Part shown: piece after piece, positions 31,301-42,197 of the stretch | Layout: every line of letters begins with the position of its first letter | Position numbering within the stretch: the first letter of the stretch is position 1 | Source of the DNA: an uncultured delta proteobacterium | GTDB lineage: Bacteria; Myxococcota_A; Polyangia; Polyangiales; Polyangiaceae | Direction of reading: 5' to 3' | Assembly: GCA_963716725.1 (NCBI GenBank) | Contig: CAVQUB010000021.1 | Span: 352,001 to 416,000 of the forward strand | Length of the DNA stretch: 64,000 nt | Program-made: the position numbers and the translations under genes | Notes under the pieces: model-generated | Told to the model about the DNA's origin: nothing | The model's database searches: none | What the model saw: only the letters and a program-made list of their open reading frames with translations

Positions 31301-31479
31301 GAGCGGTGAACACCCAGATCGATGCGGGCGCTCCGTCTGGGATTCACGGCTCGTCGCGCGGGACCTTTAGGTCGAAACCGCAAATACTCGCGCGCCGGGC
31401 CCGTGCGCCGGCCGGAGCCGCGCCAACCGCCCAGCGCCGCCATGGCGCGCATGAGCGCCCGGTGCTCTTCCGTGGTGCG

Positions 31480-32499
31480 CTACTTTGCGCAGGCGCTCTT
31501 GTCGCCCAACTTACAGGCCTTGGCGGAGAACTCGGCGGCTTTCTCTGCGTCGCGACCCACCCCGGAGCCCTTGCGGTAGGCCATGGCAGCATTGGTGCAA
31601 CCGTCTGCGTGCTCAGCCGCGCAGGCCGTCTCGAATAGTCCGGCCCCCCGCGCTGCGTCCTTCTTCATGCCAAGGCCATCGAAACAGATGGCCCCGGCCA
31701 GGTTGCAGGCCATGCCGCGCTTGCTGAACGCGGCGTCGTCGCAGCTCGCTGCTAGATGACCCAGGGCGGCGGCGTAGTCCTTCTTCGCTCGGAAGAGCGC
31801 CACCCCGAGCACGAAGCAACCGTCATCGAATTTCGCGGTGCAGGCCTTCTGTGCGAGCGGCACGGCTGCTGCGGGGTCGCCCGGCTCCTTGTCGAGCAGC
31901 ACTCCCGCAGCAGCACGACAACCGCGCATGGACAACTTCTCGCAGGCCTTCTTGGCCAGTTCGAGGGCCGCTTCCGGGTTCTTCTCGGTGCCCAGACCGT
32001 CAGATTCTGTCTTACTCAATCGAGCGCAGGCCTCACCGTCGCCGAGATCGCAGCCCTGCTGGGAGAACTCGCGCACCTTGTCCCAGTTCTTGTCGATCTC
32101 TTCGAACTCGCCCGCGCGCGCACAAGCGTGCGCGTGTTTGTCGGTGCAGGCGGTTCGGTACATCTCCGCCGCACGCGTCGGAAACACCTTGGCTTGCTGT
32201 CTGTAGAGCTCTTCCGCCAGGTTCACGCATACGGCGGCGGCGCCTGGTTTGCAGGCACTCGTATCGCGTTCGCAGAACGTGGTGAGCGACTGCTGGGTGG
32301 ACCCCAGTCCCTTCTTGATGGACAGCGTGCCGGTGCAGATGTCGTCGCCCTTTTTGGCCGTGTAGCTGAAGACGCCCGCCTTCTTCTCGAGCTTGGTGAC
32401 GGTCATGCCCTCCGACTCCAGGTGGGCGCGCGCGTCCGCTTCGGTCGCGCCGCAGGCGAGCATGAGCAGAGGGGTTCCGAAAAGCATGCGACGATTCAT
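31480..32499 (-). CDS. Sel1-like repeat lipoprotein
   Basis: Lipobox MLAC; repeated KAC..G....C and G.G..KD...A units. Confidence 0.85.
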   Translation of the reverse strand: MNRRMLFGTPLLMLACGATEADARAHLESEGMTVTKLEKKAGVFSYTAKKGDDICTGTLSIKKGLGSTQQSLTTFCERDTSACKPGAAAVCVNLAEELYRQQAKVFPTRAAEMYRTACTDKHAHACARAGEFEEIDKNWDKVREFSQQGCDLGDGEACARLSKTESDGLGTEKNPEAALELAKKACEKLSMRGCRAAAGVLLDKEPGDPAAAVPLAQKACTAKFDDGCFVLGVALFRAKKDYAAALGHLAASCDDAAFSKRGMACNLAGAICFDGLGMKKDAARGAGLFETACAAEHADGCTNAAMAYRKGSGVGRDAEKAAEFSAKACKLGDKSACAK

Positions 32500-32623
32500 G
32501 AGGCTCCTTTCGATGGCTGCCTGGCGAACGTGAAGTCGTACTACGAGGCGCTCGGTAGCGTCCAGGGGGCGCGAGTCCCCGACCGGACGCGCTTCGCGAT
32601 ACCCAGCAGGGCGGGGCTTCGAC

Positions 32624-34717
32624 TCAACGCGGCGCCACGGCGACCCACTGTACGATCTCGTCCACCAAGATGTGACCCCAGTTGGCCTCCACCAGATCCA
32701 CCACCTCGAGCTGCGCCTCTTTGCCTTTGAGAGCGCTCACGTCCCACTCGCGCCGGCCGAAGGTCTCGCTGCGCGCGCCGGTCTCGGAAAACCGCCGCTC
32801 GCCGTCCACGATCAGGCTCACGCGCAACAGGTCGGGCTCGTGGCCGCCGGCGACCATCAACAGGATGCGGTCGCCGATCAGCGTGAACGGTGGGCTCTTC
32901 AGCGTGCCAGTCGCGCGATCGCCGAGGGTCGGGTGGAACGACGACAGGAAGAAGCCCTCGGAGTAGCTGATGCTCATCTGCCCGGGAGCGGGCCAATCCG
33001 TGGGCCAAAGCTCAAAGGCGTTGCCGCTGGCGATCCAGCCTGGGTAGCGCTGGTTGGTGAAACGAAATGAGCTCGCTTCGTCGATGCTGCCTCGGCCCCG
33101 GAGATCGTCCCGCACCCAGAGGCCGGGCATGCCGACGTCCATCGGGATCGACGTGTCGAAGTAGTAGCCGTTCGCCCAGAACACGCCGGGCAAGTAGCCC
33201 CACTTGATGTACTTGGGGCGCCGGCTCAAGACGTACTCGACGTCGGCCATCTTCTCGTGGCCGGCCTTGCCGCGCCCGAGGCTCGGGTTGTCGCGGTGCG
33301 CGACGTAGGCGTCGATCACGCCAAAGTAATCGATCACGCGCAGGTTCGCGTAGAGCCCAGCCACGCCGATATCGCCCACGCAGATGTATTCGTCGGGTGA
33401 GCTGTGCTTGGACAGCCAGCTCATGTAGCGCCGTTGCTCGTCCACCTTGTGGCGCCAACCGCGGATCTCCTGGACGATGGGACCTCGCCGAAGGCCCAAG
33501 CTCAAGAGCTCGCTCAGACCGCCGCCAGCATAGAGCACGAGCAGCGTCCCGATGGCCCAGGTCCCGGAGGCTCGCTCGAGCACGCTTCGCACGCGCGGAC
33601 GGCGCGCGAAGTCGCCGATCGCGAACACCACCTGCCCGACGAGCAACCCCAGCGCCGGGATCAGCTGCACCAGGAATCGATGCCCCGAGTAGAAGTCGCC
33701 ACCGGCCTTGACCACGTAGGCCAGGTGGGCAACCGACCAGAGCGCCAGGACGCGGAGCGTCGGGTTGCGGAGGAAGGGCAGGGCGAGCAGCGCGACGAAG
33801 GGCAGCCCGGCGCGTTCGTCGAAGAAGGCGGTCACGTACTCGACGCCGCGCTTGGTCCCGTCGAAGCTCGAGCTGCCGACCTTCAGGTAGTAGGTGTTGG
33901 GGAAGGGCCAGCCGTAGTATCGCCACTTCCACGCGAAATAGAAGCCGAAGATCAGCGCCGCCACGGCGCCCACCACGGTGAGCGCCACCAGTCGATGTCG
34001 AACGAGCGCGCGGTCTCTTCGCAGCAGCGGCGCCATGGCGTGCAGCCCCTCGCTCAGCGCGAACGCGGCGACGAACAACGCCCCGTCGGGGCGGGCCATC
34101 GGGACGGCGGCCAGGCACACGCCTGTCACGATCGCTCGATGGCGCAGGGTCGACGTCCAGGCCGCCAACGTCGCCAGGACCCAGAGCGCGACGTAGTGGC
34201 TCTCCAGCGCCATCATCGCCCAGACCGTGTAGGAGTTGTCGAGCACGCACCATCCGATGGCGACGGCGATGGGCAAGACGCGGTCACCCCAGAGACGCCG
34301 GCCGATCACGGCGACGAGTGCGAGGTCGATAGCAGACACCAACACGCTGGTGCCGACGCACCAGCTGACGAACTCCCCGCGGAACAGGCGCGAGAGCCAG
34401 TAGACGGGCGCGAGGGTCACGGTCCAGAGGAAGTTCGTGTAGCCCTCGACGCGTTCGCCCGGGTTGAAGACCAGCCCGTCGCCGAGCGCGAGCCGGCGCG
34501 CGTAGACCATGGAGATCAGGGCGTCGTCGACGACGTTGCGGTGGTACTCGACGAACCAGCGCCACGAGAGCGCCGAGGTCGCGATCATTCCGACCAGTAC
34601 GACCGCAAGCACGGCAGCCCGCCGGGCTCGGGCCCAACGCTCGGCGGACAGCTCGGCCCTGACCTTCATCCTCGCCGGCAGGATACGTCGGTTGACAGGC
34701 GACTCCACACGAGGCAC
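32624..34717 (-). CDS. GT-C-type membrane glycosyltransferase (AftB-like) with C-terminal beta-sandwich
   Basis: DDALISMVYARRL...GLVFNPGERVEGYTNFLW, RPDG, PNTYY.K and GGDF motifs; C-terminal TGTLKSPPF...WGHILVD. Confidence 0.75.
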   Translation of the reverse strand: MPRVESPVNRRILPARMKVRAELSAERWARARRAAVLAVVLVGMIATSALSWRWFVEYHRNVVDDALISMVYARRLALGDGLVFNPGERVEGYTNFLWTVTLAPVYWLSRLFRGEFVSWCVGTSVLVSAIDLALVAVIGRRLWGDRVLPIAVAIGWCVLDNSYTVWAMMALESHYVALWVLATLAAWTSTLRHRAIVTGVCLAAVPMARPDGALFVAAFALSEGLHAMAPLLRRDRALVRHRLVALTVVGAVAALIFGFYFAWKWRYYGWPFPNTYYLKVGSSSFDGTKRGVEYVTAFFDERAGLPFVALLALPFLRNPTLRVLALWSVAHLAYVVKAGGDFYSGHRFLVQLIPALGLLVGQVVFAIGDFARRPRVRSVLERASGTWAIGTLLVLYAGGGLSELLSLGLRRGPIVQEIRGWRHKVDEQRRYMSWLSKHSSPDEYICVGDIGVAGLYANLRVIDYFGVIDAYVAHRDNPSLGRGKAGHEKMADVEYVLSRRPKYIKWGYLPGVFWANGYYFDTSIPMDVGMPGLWVRDDLRGRGSIDEASSFRFTNQRYPGWIASGNAFELWPTDWPAPGQMSISYSEGFFLSSFHPTLGDRATGTLKSPPFTLIGDRILLMVAGGHEPDLLRVSLIVDGERRFSETGARSETFGRREWDVSALKGKEAQLEVVDLVEANWGHILVDEIVQWVAVAPR

Positions 34718-34751
34718 AGTGGCTCAGCCACTCACTCACCGGACCTTGTCG

Positions 34752-35489
34752 ATGCCCGCAGAAACCTCGGAAAACAACGTCGAGCCGCTGGAACGGCAGA
34801 GCTTGGTGGACCGGCTCACGGCTCGGCTCGGCGAGGCCATCCTCGCGGGGCGCTACGACCGCGGAGCCACCCTGCCCCCCGAGCGGGACCTGGCGAAGTC
34901 GCTGCAGGTCAACCGGACCTCGCTCAAGCACGCGCTGCAACGGTTGGAGTTGCTCGGCTTCATCACGACCCGGCACGGCATCGGCTCCGAGGTGCTCGAT
35001 CCCACCGAGACCGCCGGCGCGCGCCTGCTCTCGTATCTCGTGTTCCGCGCCTCGGGCATCGACACCGCGGTGCTCTCCGATCTGATCGAAGCGCGGACCT
35101 TGCTCGGCGGGTTTCTCACTCGGCTCGCGGCAGAGCGGCGCACCGACGCCGATCTGAAGCAGCTCGAGCAGCTCCTCACGGAGCTCGACCGCGTGGGTGA
35201 CGACCCGGACGAAGTGCAGCGGCTCGAGCTCGGGTTCTTCCGCAACATCATGCGTGCAACGAAGAACCAGATCTTCGTGACCCTCGCCAGCTCGATGTTC
35301 GCGGTGTACCTCGGACGCGCGCACGTCTTCCGCGACGCGTTTGCGGATCGAGCCGCGATCCGCCGAGCCCTTGCCGGCGTGCTCGACCGAGTTCGGGCGC
35401 GCGACGCCGACGCGGCCGAGAAGGCCACGCATGACTACTTGAAGAAGAACGGCAAGGCGCTGCTCGACGCAGCCAATCGATCGCTCTGA
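34752..35489 (+). CDS. FadR/GntR family transcriptional regulator
   Basis: LPPERDLA...VNRTSLKHAL wHTH, followed by an FCD domain. Confidence 0.9.
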   Translation: MPAETSENNVEPLERQSLVDRLTARLGEAILAGRYDRGATLPPERDLAKSLQVNRTSLKHALQRLELLGFITTRHGIGSEVLDPTETAGARLLSYLVFRASGIDTAVLSDLIEARTLLGGFLTRLAAERRTDADLKQLEQLLTELDRVGDDPDEVQRLELGFFRNIMRATKNQIFVTLASSMFAVYLGRAHVFRDAFADRAAIRRALAGVLDRVRARDADAAEKATHDYLKKNGKALLDAANRSL

Positions 35490-35508
35490 TCTCTGAGAGA
35501 GGTGTGGG

Positions 35509-35976
35509 ATGAACATTCCGCTTTATGGATTCACCGAGACGATGCGCGGCACCTGGACGCCGCTGGACGGCAGTGGCCGAAAGACCATGTGGTTTCGCGC
35601 CGAGGCCGACGCGAGCGACGCGGCGGGCACCCTGTCGCGCGGCGCGCTCACGCTGACGGGCAAGATGCACGCTGAGGGCCTCGCCGACGGGGCGCCCGCG
35701 ACGGGACGCATGGAAATCCAGCCGCTCTCGCGGCGGATCGGCTACGAGCTCGAGTTCACCGCCGACGACGGCCGGCGCTGCCGCTTCGTGGGCGAGAAGT
35801 CGCCGAGCCTGCGCTCGCCGCTGAGGTCCATGACCACGCTCCCGGGCGAGGTGCTGGACCCGGAGGGCAAGCGGCTCGGGACGGCGCTGCTTTACTTCGA
35901 TCTGAAGAATGATCTGATCCCCTTCCTCGGAACCTTTCGGCGAGGCCGCCGGGTGCCGATGGAGGTCGAGCCATGA
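35509..35976 (+). CDS. Hypothetical protein resembling a cholesterol-oxidase-associated domain
   Basis: FTETMRG...F.GEK...MTTL; overlaps the start of the GMC gene. Confidence 0.55.
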   Translation: MNIPLYGFTETMRGTWTPLDGSGRKTMWFRAEADASDAAGTLSRGALTLTGKMHAEGLADGAPATGRMEIQPLSRRIGYELEFTADDGRRCRFVGEKSPSLRSPLRSMTTLPGEVLDPEGKRLGTALLYFDLKNDLIPFLGTFRRGRRVPMEVEP

Positions 35977-37620
35977 TGAGCCTGCCCGTAGTCGATAACG
36001 CGCCGCCGCCGCGACGCTCCCAGCCCTCGTCGCAGTCCCCCGCTGGCATCATCGCCCGCGACGCCTTCGGCTCGCGTCACGTCGAGACCGCCCGCGCCTT
36101 GATGGAGGCCGTGGTCCCCGGCGGACGCCTGCTGCCGCGAGCCGACGACGCGGCGGTGGATCGCCTGGCGCGACTGCTCGGCTCCTTCGACTCTCGCGCG
36201 CTGGGTCACTATCAGAGGCTTCTCGGCGTGCTCGACGCCATCGCCTTCACGCGCCACGCGCGGCGCTTCGCCGCTCTCGATCTCGAGCGGCGCTCGGCGC
36301 TGATCTGGTCGCTGCACTCCGGCGACGATCCGGTGCGGCGCGCGTTGTTTCTGGCCTTCACCTACCCGGTGAAGATCGCCTACTTCGACGCCCCAGGCAT
36401 CCACCAGACCCTGGGCTGCGTGTGGGAGAAGCCCGTGGCCGCCGAGAAGCCCGCGGCTTGGCTGCGCCAGATCACCGCCGCGCGCGATCTTCCCGCGGGA
36501 GAGGTCCTCGAGTGCGACGTGATCGTGGTCGGCACCGGCGCCGGCGGCGCCGTCGTCGCCAACGAGCTCGCCGAGCAGGGCATCGCGGTCTTGATGGTCG
36601 AAGAGGGCGAGCTGCACCAGCGGCAGGACTTCACCCGGCGGTCCATTCCCGCCACGCAGCAGCTCTACCGCAACGCGGGGCTCACGGGCGTGATCGGCAA
36701 CTCGGTGATCCCGATCCCGCTCGGACGCGCGGTGGGTGGCTCGACGGTGATCAACTCGGGCACCTGCTTCCGAGTGCCCGAGTGGATCCTGGAGAACTGG
36801 CGCCACGATCTGGGCCTGCTCGAGCTGACCGAGGATCACTTGGCCCCCTTCTACGAGAAGGTCGAGCGCACGCTGGAGATCGCTCCTTCGACCAAGGAGG
36901 CCCGCGGACCGGTGAGCGACGTGATCGCGCAGGGCGCCGAGGCGCTGGGTTGGAGTCACTTTCCGGTGCGCCGCAACGCGCCGGGCTGCGACGGTCAGGG
37001 CGTGTGTCAGTGGGGCTGCCCGACGGACGCCAAGAAGAGCATGAACGTCTCCTATGTGCCGATGGCGCTCTCGAAGGGGGCGCAGCTCATCACCGGTCTC
37101 GCCGTCACCGAGGTCATGGTCGAGGGCGGACGCGCGGTGGGCGTGCGCGGGCGAGCGGCGCCCGACGGCCGGCGGGTCGAGGTGCGCGCGCGCGCGGTGA
37201 TCTTGGCCTGCGGCGCGCTCCTGACCCCGGCGTTGCTGTTGAAGAACGGCATCGCGAACCACAGCGGGCAGGTTGGGAGGAACCTCTCGGTGCACCCGGC
37301 CACCAGCGTGAGCGCGGTCTTCGATCGACCAATCCGCGGCTACAACCACGTACCGCAGGGCCACGGCGTCGATCAGTTTCATCGCGAGGGCATGCTGATG
37401 CTCGGCGCCAGCGCGCCCCTCGACATGGGATCGACGTTGTTCCCCTTCGTGGGCCAGCGCTTCGTCGAGGCGATGGAGAGCTACGACAAGGTCGCTTCGT
37501 TCGGCGTGATGGTCGAGGACGGCCCCAACGGTCGCATCGTGCTCGGCCCGGGCCGGCGCCCGATCACGCTCTACCACCTCGGGACCCGCGAGCGGCGGCT
37601 GCTCGCCAGAGGCAGCGCCG
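35973..37620 (+). CDS. GMC family oxidoreductase, truncated at the segment junction
   Basis: VVGTGAGG and [13 protein letters not shown] motifs; the C-terminal catalytic His region is missing. Confidence 0.85.
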
Positions 37621-38693
37621 CCAGACGCGGGCCTTTTACGGCCTGCAGTTTCATCCGGAGGTGACCCACACGCGCCAGGGCGGGCGCATCCTCGAGCGTT
37701 TCCTGTTCGAGATCTGCGGCTGCGAGGCCTGTGGAATCCGCGCAGCATCATCGATGACGGCATCCAGCAGCATGCGCGAGCAGATCGGCGACGGCCGCGT
37801 GGTTCTCGGCCTGTCCGGCGGCGTCGATTCGTCGGTGGTGGCGGCGATGCTGCACCGGGCAGTCGGCGACCGACTGGTCTGCGTGTTCGTCGACAACGGC
37901 CTGCTGCGCCTGCACGAGGGCGACCAGGTGATGGCGACCTTCGCCGAGCACATGGGCGTTAATGTCATCCGGGTGAATGCCGAGGACCGCTTCCTCAAGG
38001 GCCTCAAGGGCGTGGCCGATCCGGAGCAGAAGCGCAAGATCATCGGCAACCTGTTCATCGATATCTTCGAGGAGGAGGCGGCCAAGCTCGAGGACGTGGC
38101 ACTTCCTGGCACAGGGCACCATCTACCCGGACGTGATCGAGTCGGCCGGCGCCGCATCGGGCAAGGCGCACGTGATCAAGTCGCATCACAATGTCGGCGG
38201 TCTGCCGGACTACATGAAACTCCAGCTGGTCGAGCCGCTGCGCGAGCTGTTCAAGGACGAGGTGCGGCGGATCGGCGTCGAGCTGGGCCTGCCCTCCGAG
38301 ATGATCTACCGCCATCCGTTCCCGGGCCCTGGGCTGGGCGTGCGCATCCTCGGCGAGGTGCAACAAGGAGTACGCCGACATGCTGCGCCGGGCGGATGCG
38401 ATCTTCATCGAGGAACTGCGCAAGGCCGATCTGTACGACGAGGTCAGCCAGGCCTTCGCGGTGTTTCTGCCGGTCAAGTCGGTCGGCGTGGTCGGTGACG
38501 CACGGCGCTACGAGTACGTGATCACGCTGCGCGCGGTGAAGACCGTCGATTTCATGACCGCGCAGCTTCGCCCATCTGCCGTTCGAGTTTCTCGAGCAGG
38601 TTTCGCAGCCGCATCATCAACGAGGTGAACGGCGTCTCGCGCGTGGCCTACGATATCTCGAGCAAGCCGCCGGCCACGATCGAGTGGGAGTGA
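37621..38693 (+). CDS. guaA: GMP synthase (glutamine-hydrolysing), 3' part, with several indels
   Basis: [55 protein letters not shown] and [10 protein letters not shown] are spread over several frames. Confidence 0.95.
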
Positions 38694-38845
38694 CCGGAAT
38701 TTTTAACACATTGATTTAAAACGATAAAATAAATCCAATTGATAATATAATCTGCATCGTCAATGGTATTTTTCATGGTATTTCCGAGTGCTGTAAGGCA
38801 GAAAGCAGCAATACCATGAGTGGCAGATTGGCGTAATCATGGTAT
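38676..38845 (+). repeat. att site 1 (attL-like): guaA core + right arm
   Basis: ACGATCGAGTGGGAGTGA; IHF-like TAACACATTGATT; AATGGTATTTTTCATGGTATT at 38762; ATACCATG-N19-CATGGTAT at 38811-38845. Confidence 0.9.
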
Positions 38846-38882
38846 CAGCGGTCGGCACTCAGATATCGCGTTCTGAACGAGC

Positions 38883-38958
38883 ATGGCGTGATTTAGGGCT
38901 TTAAGCACGCCAAATATGACTATAATGTGGCGTGAATAAGTGCTAGAATCGCGCCATG
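38883..38958 (+). promoter_or_regulatory. Tandem TGGCGTG...CACGCCA inverted-repeat operators upstream of fic
   Basis: Two palindromes flank a TATAAT; the same arrangement recurs at ~63,586-63,661. Confidence 0.6.
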
Positions 38959-40102
38959 AAGTGGATATGGCAACAGCCCGACTGGCCAGATTTTCGCTAT
39001 GACAATCGCGCGCTCAATGATCGGGAACTTGAATTTCGCCTGAACTCAGAGCGCCTGGCGGGCAGCTTTGATGCGCTACCGATGGCGTCCCAAGAGGATG
39101 CCACGATTGACTTGATGCTTTCCGAGGCCATCAAAACCAGCGCCATTGAGGGCGAGGATCTGGACAGAGAGTCGGTCAGGTCATCGCTGCTCTCTTTAAT
39201 TACATCGGATACGCTACCGGACAACTCAGACCAGAAAGCTGCTGGGGCTGCATCGCTGCTGGTGGACGTTCGCAAGAACTGGCAAACATCCCTGACGCAT
39301 GACCTGCTGGGCAAGTGGCAGTCCATGGCTGTCCCGGAGCAGCGCTACACGTCTATTCTGCGTGGCGCATACCGCAACGATCCTTCACCGATGCAAATAG
39401 TGAGCGGGCCTTACGGGCGGGAAAAGGTTCACTATGAGGCCCCGCCAGCGACTCAGGTGCCTGATGAAATGGCGAAGGCTTATCGACTGGTACAACCAAA
39501 CCAGTCCTTTGAGCGGGGATAAGACAATACACGGGATCGCAAGAGCAGGTATTGCTCATCTCTGGTTCGAGGTGATTCACCCCTTCGATGATGGTAATGG
39601 TCGAGTCGGCAGGGCGATCGCTGACCATGCGCTTTCGCAGTCTCTCGGCTATCCAACCACGGCTTGTCTTGCCACGGCGATAGAGGGGGATAAAAAAACC
39701 TATTACCTGCAACTGGAGAAAGCGAGTCGTGGAAGCCTGGATGTTAACGTTTGGCTGGATTATTTCGCAGACACAATAATCAAGGCACAGGAAATTGCCA
39801 GGGAAGAAGTGGACTTTGTACTGGCCAAGACACGTTTCTACGAAGCCTATGGCGACCAGCTGAATGACCGGCAGGCCAGGATGGTATCGCGGGTATTCGC
39901 TGAAGGTCGAAAGGGCTTTGAAGGCGGAATAACGACTAAAAAATATGAAGCGATTACCAAGTGTCCCAATCGAACGGCCAGCCGTGATCTTTCTGACCTG
40001 GTTGCCAAGGGTATCATCATCCCGTTACCAGGTGGTGGCAGAACAACCCGATATGAGTTGACGATTGTTGAACCGGCTCAGTCTGGTCTGATGAGGAAAT
40101 GA
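38956..40102 (+). CDS. Fic family protein (DUF4172-like N-terminus, Fic motif, C-terminal HTH); frameshift near 39,480
   Basis: MKWIWQQPDWP; HPFDDGNGRVGR; TASRDLSDL; split over two ORFs. Confidence 0.85.
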
Positions 40103-40174
40103 TTTTCTTCGCTCTGGAGCGAGCGATTTTATCTGCACAAGCCTGAACGATTTAATGAATTTCCATTTTGTCCT

Positions 40175-41551
40175 ATGAACGTCGATACACTCAAAGAAAA
40201 ACTGGCTGATATCGATGCAGATACCTTGCGGAATTTTATATTCGACCTCTACCTCCGCTATCCGGAGTTGAGCGACAAGATCGAAGCATTGACATTGGCA
40301 AATGATCCGGTCGCCCTGTCCAGGGTGCTGCGCAAGCGTATTGCATCGCTGAAACGAGGGCGGAGGTTTATCGATTATCGGGCGAGTTTTGATTTTGCAC
40401 GCGAACTGGAAGCGACCCTCGCCGACATTGAAAGCGGACTGCTGGAGCGCTCACCGGAACATGCGTTTGATTTGGTCGACCGGTTCCTGGCGACGGCAGA
40501 ATCGGTGCTCAACCGTGTCGATGATTCTGGCGGGGCAGTGGGCGAGGTATATCGCCAAGCCGTACTGTTGTGGTTGACGGCGGCTAAAGGCTGGCGGGAT
40601 GCCAACGTCGACTGGCTCGAGCGGATATATCAGCTGTATCAGCAGAATGATTATGGTGTGCTTGATCCGCTATTGCCAAATGCCAACCTGCTGTTGACGC
40701 CGGATCAGCTGAAGCAACTTGCCTGGCGGTACGAAAACGCGTTGCGCAAGGCGTTAAAATCTCCCGAACAAGAAGACAAACTCAATCTCGTGGCCTTGCG
40801 TAGCGGCGTGGCATTAGGACAGATAGCCGATGCCTTGCGTGATCCTGCCTTATACGAGCGATCGGTATTGATACATTCGCCACAGCCAAACAATCTGCAA
40901 ATGAAATCGATTTGTGAAAAATATTTGCAGTATGAGCAGCCCGAGACGGCAATGCGTTATCTGAACCAGGCATGGGAGGACCGTTTTGAGCGTGATCGTC
41001 TGGAATTGCTGGATAAGGTCTGTGTGAAAACGGGTGACCGGAAACAGCTTAAAGTGATTCGTTCTCGGCTGTTTCAGAGCGAGCAGAGCTACCCCAGTTT
41101 CACGCGATATCTGGAGGCCTTGGACGAGGATGAGAAAGAGAAAGCGTGTAGCTCAGCAATCAAGCAAGCCGAACAGAGTGGCAATATCGTACTCAGCGCA
41201 GATCTGTTATTAAACCTGAGCCAGACGGAGAGAGCTCAGGCCTTAGTCTTAGCTCGGCATCAGGAGTTGGCGGAGTGTTTTTATGACAGTCTGCTGAGGC
41301 TGGCCAAGGCGTTTGAAAAAGCGGATTGCAATCTGGCGGCTACGGCGTGCTACCGCGCCTTGTTGCTGGATATCCTGGCACAGGCGCGCAGTAAGGCTTA
41401 CGGCCATGGTGCACGGTACTATAAAAAGCTGGAAGCGCTGGCGAAGCGGATCAAGGAATTCAAACCACTGCCAACACATCACGCCTTCGTGCAGCAATTG
41501 CACTCGGCGCATGGGCGAAAGAAAAGTTTTTGGGCGCGACTGGAATCATGA
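40175..41551 (+). CDS. All-helical hypothetical protein (DUF6880-like)
   Basis: RVDDSGG motif; C-terminal KAYGHGARY...HGRKKSFW. Confidence 0.7.
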   Translation: MNVDTLKEKLADIDADTLRNFIFDLYLRYPELSDKIEALTLANDPVALSRVLRKRIASLKRGRRFIDYRASFDFARELEATLADIESGLLERSPEHAFDLVDRFLATAESVLNRVDDSGGAVGEVYRQAVLLWLTAAKGWRDANVDWLERIYQLYQQNDYGVLDPLLPNANLLLTPDQLKQLAWRYENALRKALKSPEQEDKLNLVALRSGVALGQIADALRDPALYERSVLIHSPQPNNLQMKSICEKYLQYEQPETAMRYLNQAWEDRFERDRLELLDKVCVKTGDRKQLKVIRSRLFQSEQSYPSFTRYLEALDEDEKEKACSSAIKQAEQSGNIVLSADLLLNLSQTERAQALVLARHQELAECFYDSLLRLAKAFEKADCNLAATACYRALLLDILAQARSKAYGHGARYYKKLEALAKRIKEFKPLPTHHAFVQQLHSAHGRKKSFWARLES

Positions 41552-41616
41552 TGTGCCGAAGCCTGCAGCACGGCATGGGGTGGCTTCTCGACATTTCCGG
41601 TGAGTATCAGCAGCAA

Positions 41617-41717
41617 TTTCTGAACATGGTATTTTTCATGGTATTACCGATTAGCAGGAAAATAAGCCATTGAATATAAAAGATAAAAATGGCTCGTTTA
41701 CAATCGAGTGGGAGTGA
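41617..41717 (+). repeat. att site 2: left arm + core; right arm absent
   Basis: CATGGTATTTTTCATGGTATT at 41625; ACAATCGAGTGGGAGTGA at 41700-41717; no ATGGTAT boxes downstream. Confidence 0.9.
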
Positions 41718-41898
41718 CTGGCACTCGCAGGCAACTACAGGAACCAAAAGCACAAAAACTTGCGTAATTCATCAGTCGGCTGGAACTATCTCTGGAATAT
41801 CGGCGAGCGGAACAGAGGGTGACAGCCCCATCTTCCAAATCCTGACGTGGACGTCGGCGAAGCGTTTTGACGTCTGTAAGTGCGGATTTCTTGCTCAT
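41718..41898 (-). pseudogene. Decayed N-terminus of a ferritin-like/bacterioferritin gene
   Basis: MSKKSALTDVKTLRRRPRQDLEDGAVT...RLMN...CLR resembles the LTDV.TLR.RARQ..E.GAVT N-terminus of proteobacterial ferritin-like proteins. Confidence 0.5.
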
Positions 41899-42197
41899 GA
41901 GTCCCCTTGTTGAATCGGGCCGTCGTGATCGACGCTCACGACGATCTTGTGCAGCGGCACGCTGGTCTCCCCGGCGCTCCGTGAAAAGAGTCCGCGTAAC
42001 ATTGGAGCTCCAGTCTGTACGCCAGCGCACCGTAGCGACTTCGCCCCGCGGTCGTTGCGAGAGCAGTGTGCAAGATTGTCGCGCTCGAGGCCGAAGAATT
42101 CGACGTTCTGACGGGCATCGGTGAGCAAGCGACGATGAAAACTAAGCTGAATTTCGATCTGCAAGCACACCGGTATTGTCAGGCTGGCTGAATACAC

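Larger units (their letters stand above)
38694..41717. mobile_element. Cassette 1 (3,024 bp), no integrase: fic + helical hypothetical protein
   Basis: Bounded by cores at 38679 and 41703, with arms on both inner sides. Confidence 0.8.

Noticed and set aside
36422..38521. 699-aa ORF as a novel GuaA fusion protein
   Set aside because: Its N-terminal part is an off-frame reading of the GMC gene that runs across the junction into guaA.
37621..38693. guaA as a true pseudogene or programmed frameshift
   Set aside because: Amino-acid motifs are intact and the lesions are dense small indels next to the junction, typical of low-quality consensus.
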